This document shows, one piece after another, positions 18,890 through 27,705 of a DNA stretch of 40,605 nucleotides. Source of the stretch: Capsulimonadales bacterium (lineage in GTDB: Bacteria > Armatimonadota > Armatimonadia > Armatimonadales > Armatimonadaceae); the NCBI GenBank assembly GCA_033762295.1, contig JANRLW010000099.1, positions 1-40,605 of the forward strand, read 5' to 3'. The notes under the pieces were generated by a model that searched no databases, was not told the origin of the DNA, and worked only from the letters and a program-made list of their open reading frames with translations. Position 1 is the first letter of the stretch, and each line of letters opens with the position of its first letter. Position numbers and translations under genes: made by a program.

Positions 18890-18899
18890 CCGGTCGCCC

Positions 18900-19709
18900 A
18901 TGTCCTTCAGCACTCGTGTCTTTATCTTCGATCTGGACGGTGTTTTATATCGCGGCGAGACGGCGGTTCCGCACGCGGCCGAGGCTCTGAGCGCGCTCCG
19001 TCAGCGAACCCCGGCGGTCCGGCTGTTTTTTCTGACGAACAATTCGACCCAGCCGCGAAGGGTCTTCGCCGAGAAAATGGCGCGGCTCGGAATGCCGGCG
19101 ACCGAGGACGAGATCGTGACCTCCGCCTCGGCGACTGCGTTGTACATCGCGTCCCAGGGCGATGCCGGGAAAACGGCTCTGGTCGTGGGCGGCGACGGAA
19201 TCATCGACGAACTGACGCGCATCGGTATGACGGTTCGATCCGCCGGGGAACCGGAAGTTTCCGGCGAGCGGATCGATTATGTTGTGGTCGGGCTGGACCG
19301 TTCGTTTCGTTATGAGGCGTTGTTTCGAGCGCAGCAGGCCATCCTGAACGGGGCCGTCTTCCTGGCGACGAACCGGGACGGGCAGTATCCGGTGGAAGGC
19401 GGTTTGATCCCCGGCGCCGGAGCGATGGTCGCCGCGATCGAAGCCTGCGCGGACGTCCGACCGATCGTGATCGGCAAGCCGGAGACGCTCGGACTGCGGA
19501 TGATCCTGGATATGGCCGGAGCGACCCCGCCGGAGGCCGTCATGATCGGGGACCGTCTGGATACGGACATTGCCTGCGGGAACCGTCTGGGAATGCCGAC
19601 CGTGCTCGTCCTGACCGGCGTCACAACCCCGGAGCGGGTGCTGGATACCTCCCTGTTACCGGCGGAAATGCGTCCGGGCCGGATTCTGACCGACCTGTCC
19701 TTGCTTTAG
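18900..19709 (+). CDS. HAD-IIA family hydrolase (NagD-like phosphatase)
   Basis: FDLDGVLY, FLTNNS, IGKP, MIGDRLDTDI, LVLTGVT; start at ATG 18900. Confidence 0.93.
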   Translation: MSFSTRVFIFDLDGVLYRGETAVPHAAEALSALRQRTPAVRLFFLTNNSTQPRRVFAEKMARLGMPATEDEIVTSASATALYIASQGDAGKTALVVGGDGIIDELTRIGMTVRSAGEPEVSGERIDYVVVGLDRSFRYEALFRAQQAILNGAVFLATNRDGQYPVEGGLIPGAGAMVAAIEACADVRPIVIGKPETLGLRMILDMAGATPPEAVMIGDRLDTDIACGNRLGMPTVLVLTGVTTPERVLDTSLLPAEMRPGRILTDLSLL

Positions 19710-19716
19710 GGCGGTA

Positions 19717-19743
19717 CCTGCCGGTTTCGGAACGACCGGCAGG
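19717..19743. terminator. Intergenic hairpin
   Basis: cctgccggt-ttcggaacg-accggcagg, 9-bp stem. Confidence 0.4.
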
Positions 19744-19784
19744 AATTCCGGGCGAGGTCAGGAATATTTACGAAGGATAACCGA

Positions 19785-20780
19785 ATGACCGAAAAATTCG
19801 ACGTCTTTGGGATGTGCAACGCCCTGTTCGATATTCAGGCGGAGGTCAGCGACGAAACGCTCTCCGAACTGTCGCTGGCCAAAGGCAATATGATGCTGAT
19901 CTCCGAGGAGGAGCAGCGCAACATCGTACCGCGAATCTACGATCGGATCGTCAACACCGAGTCCGGGGGGTCGGGCGCAAATACCATGATCGGCCTGGCG
20001 TTGCTGGGAGCATCGACGGTCTATACGTCCCGAGTGGGATCGGATGAGCATGGTCGCCTGTACCGGGACGGTCTGGTACGGCAGGGAGTCAAGGCGAACC
20101 TGGGGGCCGGTCACGGCGACACCGGTATTTCGCTGATCCTGATCACGCCGGATGCACAGCGAACGATGTGTACGTTTCTCGGAGAATCGCGCGAACTGAC
20201 CCCGGCGGACGTAAATTTGGAAGATATCCGCCACTCGCGTTATCTGTACGTGACGGGATACCTCTGGGATACCGACAATCAAAAAGAGGCGGTCGTGCGA
20301 GCGATGAACGAGGCCAAGCAGGCCGGGGTCCGTGTGACGTTCAGTCTTTCCGATCCGTTCTGCGTTGCTCGGCATCGAGAGGATTTTCTGGGCCTGTTGC
20401 GGGAACATGTGGATGTGGTTTTCAGCAATGCCGAGGAGGCGCGCGGAATGACCGGCGAGTCCGAGGTGGAGCGAGCGGCCCGCAAACTGGCCGAACTGTC
20501 CGGCGGAATCGCGGTCGTGACGAAGGACCGGAGCGGCTCGCTGATTGTCGAGGGAGAGACGGTTTACGAGATTCCGGTGTATCCGGTCGAGGCGGTCGAT
20601 ACGACGGGCGCGGGCGATATGTACGCGGCAGGGGTTCTGTACGGGTTGACACAGGGGTTGCCGTTGCCGGTCGCCGGTCGGATCGGGGCGTACGCAGCGG
20701 CGCAGGTCGTAGCCAAACTCGGCCCCCGACTCGAGTCGATCGATGCGGAAGCGATCGCCGTCATCAAAAGCGAAATCTAG
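19785..20780 (+). CDS. PfkB family kinase (adenosine kinase-like)
   Basis: NALFDI, SGGSGANT, TPDAQRTMCTFLG, FSNAEEA, VDTTGAGDMYAAG. Confidence 0.92.
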   Translation: MTEKFDVFGMCNALFDIQAEVSDETLSELSLAKGNMMLISEEEQRNIVPRIYDRIVNTESGGSGANTMIGLALLGASTVYTSRVGSDEHGRLYRDGLVRQGVKANLGAGHGDTGISLILITPDAQRTMCTFLGESRELTPADVNLEDIRHSRYLYVTGYLWDTDNQKEAVVRAMNEAKQAGVRVTFSLSDPFCVARHREDFLGLLREHVDVVFSNAEEARGMTGESEVERAARKLAELSGGIAVVTKDRSGSLIVEGETVYEIPVYPVEAVDTTGAGDMYAAGVLYGLTQGLPLPVAGRIGAYAAAQVVAKLGPRLESIDAEAIAVIKSEI

Positions 20781-20829
20781 GGGCGGACCTCGTCGGCAAC
20801 GGAATCGGCGGGTTCGGAGGAACAGAGAA

Positions 20830-21852
20830 ATGGTAATGCTCACCGGTCGAGGAACGAAGCGGCGGGTAACCGGCGTTCGTGTCGTCCTGGGACTGACCGT
20901 CGGTATGGTGTTCGTCGGGGGGTGCGGAGGACGTAACGGAGGCGCTTCGGCGGTCTCCCGGACCGCGCCGGTTTCCATCGGCTTCGATTTCTCGCGGGCG
21001 GAAACCTCGGCCCAGCTTCCGTCGACCGCCCAGAGCGTGGTCATCACGGTGACGCAGGGGGATCGATTCACGGATACGCGGGTTCTGAACCGACCGCCAC
21101 AGGAATCGGAAGCCTCGACCGTGACCGCGGAATTCCTTGCCTTCTTCGACGGCGATGCGACGGTGAACGCTTCCGCCTTTTCCGGGCGTGACGGCAGCGG
21201 GGAGAAGGTGGCGGACGCGACCCGGACGGTGATCCTGGGGGCGGGACGTAACCTGCGTCCGGAATTTACGTTCAGCGCGACGCCGTATTCGGCGATCCGC
21301 CTGTTGCGAAATGGCACCGTCCTCGGACCCACGACGGAGGTTGCCGTGGACACTCCGACGGCGGTGACCGCGCAGGGCGTGACCGGGTCGGGGACGCCCA
21401 CCGACCTCAATCCGGTCGGGACGTGGACCAGCGACAATCCCGAAATCGCGGCGGTGACGAACACGGGCGTGGTGACCGGAAACAACTACGGAACCGTCGG
21501 CATCCGATTCACCGGCGATCGGGGAATCTTTGCGACGGTCGCGGTCACGGTCGGCGGCGCGGTTGTGGATTCGGTCCGTTTCGTGCCCGACATCACCACC
21601 ATTCAGCAATCGGCGGTCCTGACGGCGAATGCGACCGACAGCAAACAGCGGACAATCACCACCAACCTGAACTGGCGCTGGGAGACCTCCAACGCGCAGG
21701 TGGTGAACTTCAATGACGGTAATGCCGTGGTTAACGGGGCGACGACGGTTACGATTCGGGCGGTCGGCCCGGGGGTCGCGAACGTCACTCTGACGGAGAC
21801 CAACTCCGGAAAGTCGTTCACCAAAACGTTCAACGTCGTCCCGGTCGATTAA
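20830..21852 (+). CDS. Lipoprotein with Ig-like (Big_2-type) domains
   Basis: Basic N-region, hydrophobic stretch, lipobox-like FVGG-C; two WTSDNPEIAAV / WETSNAQVV repeats; Thr/Val-rich beta composition. Confidence 0.78.
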   Translation: MVMLTGRGTKRRVTGVRVVLGLTVGMVFVGGCGGRNGGASAVSRTAPVSIGFDFSRAETSAQLPSTAQSVVITVTQGDRFTDTRVLNRPPQESEASTVTAEFLAFFDGDATVNASAFSGRDGSGEKVADATRTVILGAGRNLRPEFTFSATPYSAIRLLRNGTVLGPTTEVAVDTPTAVTAQGVTGSGTPTDLNPVGTWTSDNPEIAAVTNTGVVTGNNYGTVGIRFTGDRGIFATVAVTVGGAVVDSVRFVPDITTIQQSAVLTANATDSKQRTITTNLNWRWETSNAQVVNFNDGNAVVNGATTVTIRAVGPGVANVTLTETNSGKSFTKTFNVVPVD

Positions 21853-21877
21853 TCGGGCGGGTGCGAAGGGGGAAGGG

Positions 21878-21915
21878 CGGACCGGGCGGCATGACCGCCC
21901 GGTCCGTCAATTTTT
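21878..21915 (+). terminator. Intrinsic terminator between convergent genes
   Basis: cggaccgggcgg-catga-ccgcccggtccg (12 bp) followed by tcaattttt. Confidence 0.65.
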
Positions 21916-21920
21916 GGGGG

Positions 21921-23924
21921 TCAGTTTCCGAAGCGGATCAGGGTAGCCAGGCCGAAAGTGGTGTCGTTCCCTCCGCCTTCAAATTGGTTGAAGTTGGCGA
22001 ACGCACGGAAATTGGCATACGGGCCAACATCGCGCGAGGCGACCACGGAGAAGGAGCGACCGATTCCGGTGTGTGATCCGTACTCGAGGAAGACATCGGT
22101 TTCGGTGAGTTGGAACAACGCGGGCAGGTAGACGCCGTAGGTTTGCAGCGTCGCCTTATCGGGTCCGCGTCCCGCTTCCGCATAAAGATCCAACCGATGG
22201 GCGACGACGGGGTAGGCCACCGAACCGGTGAACCCGTCCTTGCCGGAAAGCTCCGGAACGTGCAGGTAGTGCAGGCCGAACTCGCCGCCGCCATATCGGA
22301 GAGACAGCGATCCGAGACCGCCGTTCTGCGCGCCCTGGACGGCAGGATTCGTATCGTGGACGTATGCGCCTTCAAAACGGACCGCCCCCTGTCGAACGTG
22401 CACGCCGGCGCCGCTGTAGCGGTCCGCGATCAACTGAGTCAGGTTAAGGTTCTGGAAGACCGGCCCATGATAGAACCGGCGGCGGCCGGCGAATACCTGG
22501 ATTCCGGGGGCGATATTCTGTTCGACCGAGGCCACCGACGCCAGCCGTGAGAACCGTTTGTCGTCAATATCGGCGTCGATCAGCGACATCACGTTGCTTT
22601 CGAATTCGTAACGCGTCTTCCCGATAAGTCCCGAAACGTTGGCGCGTCCGGCGAGCAGCGAGGTCGGGTCCGCTCCGAGTCCGAAACCGGAGAGTTCGAT
22701 GCGTGGGACGGAAACGTTCCATTTGTTTCCGGCGGCGACATTGGCGAGGAGGGCCGCCGCCGCGCCGATTCCGAGCAGCGAATCGTTGGTCTGCGTTCGA
22801 TCCAGCAGGTTGATATCGAAGTTCGGGGTGCCACGGAGTGAACCGGATTGGTACTGGGCGCGGGTACCGATGGGAACGTTCACCTGTGCGCCGTTCTCCA
22901 CCGCCGCCCGGATAAAGGAGTCGACATCGTTCACCCGGACGCTATTGAGGAAGGCGGCGTCCCCCTGGCTCAGGTTCGGGTATCGCCCCGCGAGGGTTTG
23001 TTGACCGAACTGCCGGCGGTAGGCGTCGAGGGAAAGTCCGGACGAGCGGAAGTCGGGAACCAGTTGATTCTGGGCGATTTGCAGGAACCGGTTGCGGTCC
23101 AGGGAATCGGGGATGAAGAAACCGGGAGTGACCGACCGGCGGTTTCCGGCGAGATCGGCGGCCGCCAGTTGCTGGAGCGCTTCGCCGGCGATCGTCGTCC
23201 GCAGTGTCCGTCCGTACCGGGTGCCGTTGATGACCAACAGGCCCAGGTCGTCCTCAACCTCGTTCCACCAGGGGGAGTAGGAGCCCCCGTTTTCCTCCGG
23301 AAGAAGGTGTGTGGGGATCGAAGACGCGGCGGAAGGCACCTCCCCGCCTTTAGGGACGAGAATCTGCTGACCGGGGCCGACGATCGTTTCCTTGCCATCC
23401 ATGGTCGCGGCGACCTCACCTTCGAAGACCTGGAGCAGCATCGATCCGTCACCGAGGGTAGAGACGGCAAATTCGGTTCCACGAGCCACCGCGGTGGCGG
23501 ACGGCGTCTCGATCTGTGTCGCGGTTCCCTTGGCCACCCGCATCCAGACGAGTCCGGTGTTCAACTGAATCCGGCGCAGGGAGGCGGTATCGGCGACGAC
23601 CAGGTCCGTGCGTTCGTTGATGCGCAGAACCGATCGGTCCGTGAAGGTAATCTCGGCCTGGGATCGGCGAAGAGTGCGGATGCCCTGACCGACAAAGACC
23701 CCTTCGTTCCGGCCCGCCGGGACGAAACGGGTGTTTCCGCCGGCCACCGGCTGACGGGTCAGGAGTACCTGGCGAACGGTATTCAACCGGCCGATAACCG
23801 GACTCTGGGCGAAAAGCGCCGAAGGAACGAGAACGGCGACGAGGAGGGGGATTGACCCGAAACCGAGGGCACGGAGAATACCGGAACCGCGTTCGCAACG
23901 GCATGTTGCCGGAGACGATTTCAT
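21921..23924 (-). CDS. Exported FecR-domain protein with probable C-terminal outer-membrane beta-barrel
   Basis: ATG 23924 behind AAGGAG; signal peptide ending ALFA-Q; FecR pattern IRT...SQAEITFTDRSVLRI..RT, IETPSATAVARGTEFAV, VFEGEV; C-terminal ~260 aa of alternating Gly/aromatic strands ending LATLIRFGN. Confidence 0.8.
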   Translation of the reverse strand: MKSSPATCRCERGSGILRALGFGSIPLLVAVLVPSALFAQSPVIGRLNTVRQVLLTRQPVAGGNTRFVPAGRNEGVFVGQGIRTLRRSQAEITFTDRSVLRINERTDLVVADTASLRRIQLNTGLVWMRVAKGTATQIETPSATAVARGTEFAVSTLGDGSMLLQVFEGEVAATMDGKETIVGPGQQILVPKGGEVPSAASSIPTHLLPEENGGSYSPWWNEVEDDLGLLVINGTRYGRTLRTTIAGEALQQLAAADLAGNRRSVTPGFFIPDSLDRNRFLQIAQNQLVPDFRSSGLSLDAYRRQFGQQTLAGRYPNLSQGDAAFLNSVRVNDVDSFIRAAVENGAQVNVPIGTRAQYQSGSLRGTPNFDINLLDRTQTNDSLLGIGAAAALLANVAAGNKWNVSVPRIELSGFGLGADPTSLLAGRANVSGLIGKTRYEFESNVMSLIDADIDDKRFSRLASVASVEQNIAPGIQVFAGRRRFYHGPVFQNLNLTQLIADRYSGAGVHVRQGAVRFEGAYVHDTNPAVQGAQNGGLGSLSLRYGGGEFGLHYLHVPELSGKDGFTGSVAYPVVAHRLDLYAEAGRGPDKATLQTYGVYLPALFQLTETDVFLEYGSHTGIGRSFSVVASRDVGPYANFRAFANFNQFEGGGNDTTFGLATLIRFGN

Positions 23925-23965
23925 CACTACTCCTTTTATGGGGACGGTTCGCCCCGATGAATATT

Positions 23966-25942
23966 TCATATTTTGGATGGAACCGGAGTTTTTTCCTCAA
24001 ACGGCACGATGTCGGAGGTATCTTTCAGGCCGACGACCCGCCAGCAGAGGATTTTTTCGTCCTTTCCCTTGACCGCGACCGGTCCCATCTCCTCGGTAAC
24101 CACGTGGTCCCGCACTTTTTCGAAGGTTGCCTGGTCAATGACGATATCCGCATCGCCGGTCACACCCTGAAGTCGGGCGGCGAGATTGACCGTATCGCCG
24201 ATTGTCGTCAGGGAGTTCAGTCGTCGGGAGCCGACGAAGCCGAGAACGAGCGGACCGGAGGCAATGCCGAAACCTTCCCTGAGGTGGTAGGCGTTCCCGA
24301 GTTCGTCGTAGAGGGTTTCGAACGAGGCGGCTCGCATGCGCCACGCCGCGCGAACCGCGCGTATATGGCGATCGGGCTGTTCGTTGGGCGCACCGAACAC
24401 GACCATAATTCCGTCGCCCAGGAACTTATCGACGGTGCCCTCCTCTTCGAAGACGATTTTCACCTGTTTATCCAGATGTTTGTCGAGCAGATCGATCACC
24501 CGTTCCGGCTCGTGGTGCGAGGAAAAGTTGGTGAATCCGCGAATGTCGCCGAAAATCACCGTCGCATCATAGCGCCGCGACGCGGATTCATCGCCGTAAC
24601 GCATCATATGTTCGAGATAGGCAGGGGAGACATTGGCCGACCATTTACGAAGGATTTCCCCGCGTTCCAGCCAGGCAACGCCTGCCGTTCCCGAAAGGAT
24701 GAGAGCGGAAGGAACGACAAACGGGACGAACACATGGGCTTTGACGAAAAGGAAGAAGACCGTGCCGATAAATCCGATGATGGCGAGGGCGATCAGGGCG
24801 GGTCCGCGCCAGTTTAGAAACCGGCGGATCCCGAAGTTGGCGATCAGTCCGAACCCGAAGACCAGCAGGAACGTTTCCAGCGGGGACGCCATGCGAATGA
24901 ACCCGTTTCTCAAAAGGGCGTGAAGGAACTGGGCCTGAACGACCACGCCGAAGACGTCACCGGTAAAATTCGCTCCGACCTTTTCCGGCGTATAGTGGGA
25001 ATAGGCGGTCCGAACGGTATCATTCAACTCGCCCGCCAGTTCGATGTCGGTTACCCCGATGAAGACCGCTTTATCCTTGAAGGTGCCCGGCGGGAATTCG
25101 CCGTTAAGCACGTTCTCGAACCGCACAAAATCGAACGTCCGTGAACCGCCGGGGAAATCGGGGTAGGCCGACCCCATCGTATTTTCCGGGAAGTCGGGGT
25201 CGGGAATGGTCGGACCCGTTCGGGGGATCGGATGATGTCCGAGATAGATCCGTTGATCGGTCAGACGACTGCGGCGAATATCGCCCCCGACCAGCGCCAG
25301 GTAGGCGGCGGCGGGGAGCGACGGAAGCCATTCGCCCTGGAACTTCTGAAGCGGGTAGCAGAGCCGAACGTACCGGTCGGGCGCGGTGAGAATGTCGGCC
25401 GAAGCGATCGTCGCGTTCGCCTCGAAATCGATGCCGAGAGCATCATCGTAGTAGGGGAAAATCAGGCTTTTGCGGATATCGGTCCCTCCGCGGTTCATCC
25501 GGCACGCAAGGATCGCTTTTCCTCCGGCCGCCGCCAGGGCGTTATGTAAGGCGCGGTCATCGGCGGGGCCGTAGGGCGATTTTCGGGGCATGAGGATGTC
25601 GAAGCAGACCGTCTTCGCCCCATCGGCGACCAGGTTGCGCAGCACCTTCGCATAGGCCCGCCGTGGAATCGGCCAGGGAGATTTGAGCGTTTCGAGCGAG
25701 GACGTTTCGATGCCGACGACCGTAATGCGCGGGTCCGCCGGGGTCGGCCCACGCCAGTGAAACAGGGTGTCGTACCCGTTCCATTCGACGCCCCGGAGAG
25801 GGGCAAGGACGGGTTCGAGAAAGGGCCAGGTACGTTCGGGCGGCCAGGTGATGGCGGAGAGGAGAGCGACGAGCACCGGGACGGAAAGGGCGATCAGGCG
25901 GCGGAACGCAGTTCCGTAAATAAAGCCGAACTTTCTTTGCAT
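23966..25942 (-). CDS. CHASE2-domain membrane adenylate cyclase (class III)
   Basis: N-terminal TM; CHASE2 motifs ITVVGI, WPIPR..YA, FDIL, FKDKAVFIG, GVVVQA; three TMs; cyclase motifs FGDIRGFT, DKFLGDGIM (Lys indicates ATP specificity), TIGDTVNLAARLQ. Confidence 0.93.
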   Translation of the reverse strand: MQRKFGFIYGTAFRRLIALSVPVLVALLSAITWPPERTWPFLEPVLAPLRGVEWNGYDTLFHWRGPTPADPRITVVGIETSSLETLKSPWPIPRRAYAKVLRNLVADGAKTVCFDILMPRKSPYGPADDRALHNALAAAGGKAILACRMNRGGTDIRKSLIFPYYDDALGIDFEANATIASADILTAPDRYVRLCYPLQKFQGEWLPSLPAAAYLALVGGDIRRSRLTDQRIYLGHHPIPRTGPTIPDPDFPENTMGSAYPDFPGGSRTFDFVRFENVLNGEFPPGTFKDKAVFIGVTDIELAGELNDTVRTAYSHYTPEKVGANFTGDVFGVVVQAQFLHALLRNGFIRMASPLETFLLVFGFGLIANFGIRRFLNWRGPALIALAIIGFIGTVFFLFVKAHVFVPFVVPSALILSGTAGVAWLERGEILRKWSANVSPAYLEHMMRYGDESASRRYDATVIFGDIRGFTNFSSHHEPERVIDLLDKHLDKQVKIVFEEEGTVDKFLGDGIMVVFGAPNEQPDRHIRAVRAAWRMRAASFETLYDELGNAYHLREGFGIASGPLVLGFVGSRRLNSLTTIGDTVNLAARLQGVTGDADIVIDQATFEKVRDHVVTEEMGPVAVKGKDEKILCWRVVGLKDTSDIVPFEEKTPVPSKI

Positions 25943-26070
25943 TGGACGCCCCCGCGATCGCGCGGCCGGGAGACCGGGCGGAAACCGGACGGTTACGACG
26001 GTTCCGTTCGAGGCGTTTCCGTCGTTCTTTTACCTTATTGGTTGCGCCGCCCGGTATCCGGACCGGTTTT

Positions 26071-27063
26071 TCAGTTCATCCGGACGGGTAGTCCGTTCTG
26101 CGCGGCGGATCGCCACGCGGCCTCGGTCAGTTCGATGGTGCGCAGACCGCAGATGGGCGGGGCGGCGATTTCCTTTTCGCCGCGGATGGCCCGGACGAAA
26201 TCCTCGTCGATATTGTGGGTGGGCGGGAGATTTTCGCCGTCGACGGTCGTCTTGACGCCCCGGTCATTGAAGAACGACAGGTTTCCGTTGCGATACAGGA
26301 ACGCGCCTTTTTCGCACCAGATCGAGATGTCCTCGTTCCATCCGATGACGGAATCGCCGATGATGGAGATATTCCCCTGCGCCCCGTTGGTAAATCGGAT
26401 CGAAAGCGCCGAGTTGATGTCGACCGGCGTTCCGCAGTTGTCGATGTAGGCAGCGACTTCGGCAACGGTCAGGCCGGTGCACCAGAGCAGGATATCGAGC
26501 AGGTGCGACCCGGAGTCGTTGATCTGTCCGCCGCCGGAAAGGGCGGGGTCCTGACGCCAGGAACCGGTCGTTCCCCGCTTCCATCCCTGGCATTGCAAGG
26601 CGCTGATGAACTGTACCTCGCCCAGTTCGCCGGAGGCGATTCGATCATGCATGTAGATGAACTGGCCCATGGCATGGCGCTGGTACGCGATACCGACGAC
26701 CTTGTCGTAGGTTTTCAGCCGTTCCAGGATTCTGTGGGCATCCGCGACCGAACAGACGAGCGGCTTTTCCATCAGAATATGTTTACCGGCCTCGATGGCG
26801 TCCAGCATCTGCTGGGCATGCTGCGTGTGGGGGGTGCAGACCACCACGGCGTCCACGTCCTCCTGCGCCAGCAGTTCGTGGTAATCCTCGAAAATGGGCG
26901 TCTCCCGCAGGTAGCCGAAACGGTCGAGGGTCGTGCGAATCTGTTCGCCGTTCGTATCGCACAGCGCTACGATCTTGACGTTCGGAATGGGGGTAATCTG
27001 GCCGATATGATGCCGGGCGATGCCACCGGTACCGACCATACCGATGCGAATGATGTCGGACAT
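26071..27063 (-). CDS. Gfo/Idh/MocA family oxidoreductase
   Basis: IGMVGTGGIA, VCTPHTQH, GKHILMEKP, GGGQINDSGSHLLD. Confidence 0.93.
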   Translation of the reverse strand: MSDIIRIGMVGTGGIARHHIGQITPIPNVKIVALCDTNGEQIRTTLDRFGYLRETPIFEDYHELLAQEDVDAVVVCTPHTQHAQQMLDAIEAGKHILMEKPLVCSVADAHRILERLKTYDKVVGIAYQRHAMGQFIYMHDRIASGELGEVQFISALQCQGWKRGTTGSWRQDPALSGGGQINDSGSHLLDILLWCTGLTVAEVAAYIDNCGTPVDINSALSIRFTNGAQGNISIIGDSVIGWNEDISIWCEKGAFLYRNGNLSFFNDRGVKTTVDGENLPPTHNIDEDFVRAIRGEKEIAAPPICGLRTIELTEAAWRSAAQNGLPVRMN

Positions 27064-27093
27064 GACGGGTATGGTTCCTCAACGAAGAGAGTT

Positions 27094-27102
27094 ATCGTAG
27101 CA
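27094..27102 (-). promoter_or_regulatory. Extended -10 for Gfo/Idh/MocA gene
   Basis: Minus strand TG-C-TACGAT; GAGGA upstream of the start codon. Confidence 0.4.
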
Positions 27103-27299
27103 TTGTGCGCCGGGAAACCGTTCTCCTTCCGAAAGGGCGGATTTTTCCGGTGCCGCAACCGACACCGATACCGGGGAGTCGGATTTCCGGGTCGGACCGT
27201 ATGAAACGCGGGGGGCCCGGGGAAAGTCCAATGGGAGGGGAGAGCGGGTGTTTCGCCCGCTCCGGAGAAATCACGGTTTCGGGCAGGCGTGTTGTGGCG

Positions 27300-27308
27300 T
27301 GTTATAAT
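27300..27308 (+). promoter_or_regulatory. Extended -10 promoter of the yvlD-rapZ-yvcK operon
   Basis: TG-T-TATAAT; SD AAAGGA before ATG 27325. Confidence 0.6.
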
Positions 27309-27324
27309 GGGAAAGGATTCGGTG

Positions 27325-27699
27325 ATGCGGCTTTTACTCCGATGGTTGTTCGGTGCGATTGCTCTGTTGTTGACCGTCAAGATCGGCGAAACGCTGGGGT
27401 TGGGTTTGAGTATGGCGCCCGGTTCGACCGGACTGGTGTCGGCGTTGGTGGTGATTCTGGCGTTGACGCTGGTCAATGCGTTCGTTCGCCCGATTCTGGC
27501 GATCCTGACCGCGCCGTTGAACTGTTTGACGCTCGGGCTCTTCTCGTTTGTTCTCAATGCCTTGATGTTCTGGCTGGTCGGCAGCCTGAATATCGGTTTG
27601 ACCGTCCGCGACTTCCTTGCGGCGTTGTTCGGTTCGCTCATTTTGAGCGCCATTTCCGGGCTGTTAAACGCCTTCGTTACCGAGAAAAAGGATGAATAA
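27325..27699 (+). CDS. YvlD / DUF360 four-TM holin-like membrane protein
   Basis: LLLRWL, LVNAFVRPILAILTAPLNCLTLGLFSFVLNALMF; four hydrophobic segments. Confidence 0.9.
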   Translation: MRLLLRWLFGAIALLLTVKIGETLGLGLSMAPGSTGLVSALVVILALTLVNAFVRPILAILTAPLNCLTLGLFSFVLNALMFWLVGSLNIGLTVRDFLAALFGSLILSAISGLLNAFVTEKKDE

Positions 27700-27705
27700 A
27701 CTTTC

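Noticed and set aside
19758..21485. 575-aa minus-strand ORF and similar long shadow ORFs (390-2042, 5564-6658, 7121-8290, 9464-10645, 26967-28325, 33285-35099)
   Set aside because: Each overlaps confidently assigned genes on the opposite strand and gives Arg-rich or motif-free translations.
25943..26070. Possible cyclic-dinucleotide riboswitch upstream of the cyclase (stem acgacgg/ccgtcgt)
   Set aside because: Only one short stem; I could not find the conserved c-di-GMP or c-di-AMP aptamer motifs by eye. An Rfam scan would settle it.
27218..27235. ggggaaagtcc resembles the RNase P RNA GAGGAAAGUCC motif
   Set aside because: The following conserved RNase P elements are missing and only about 90 nt remain before the next gene, far too short.
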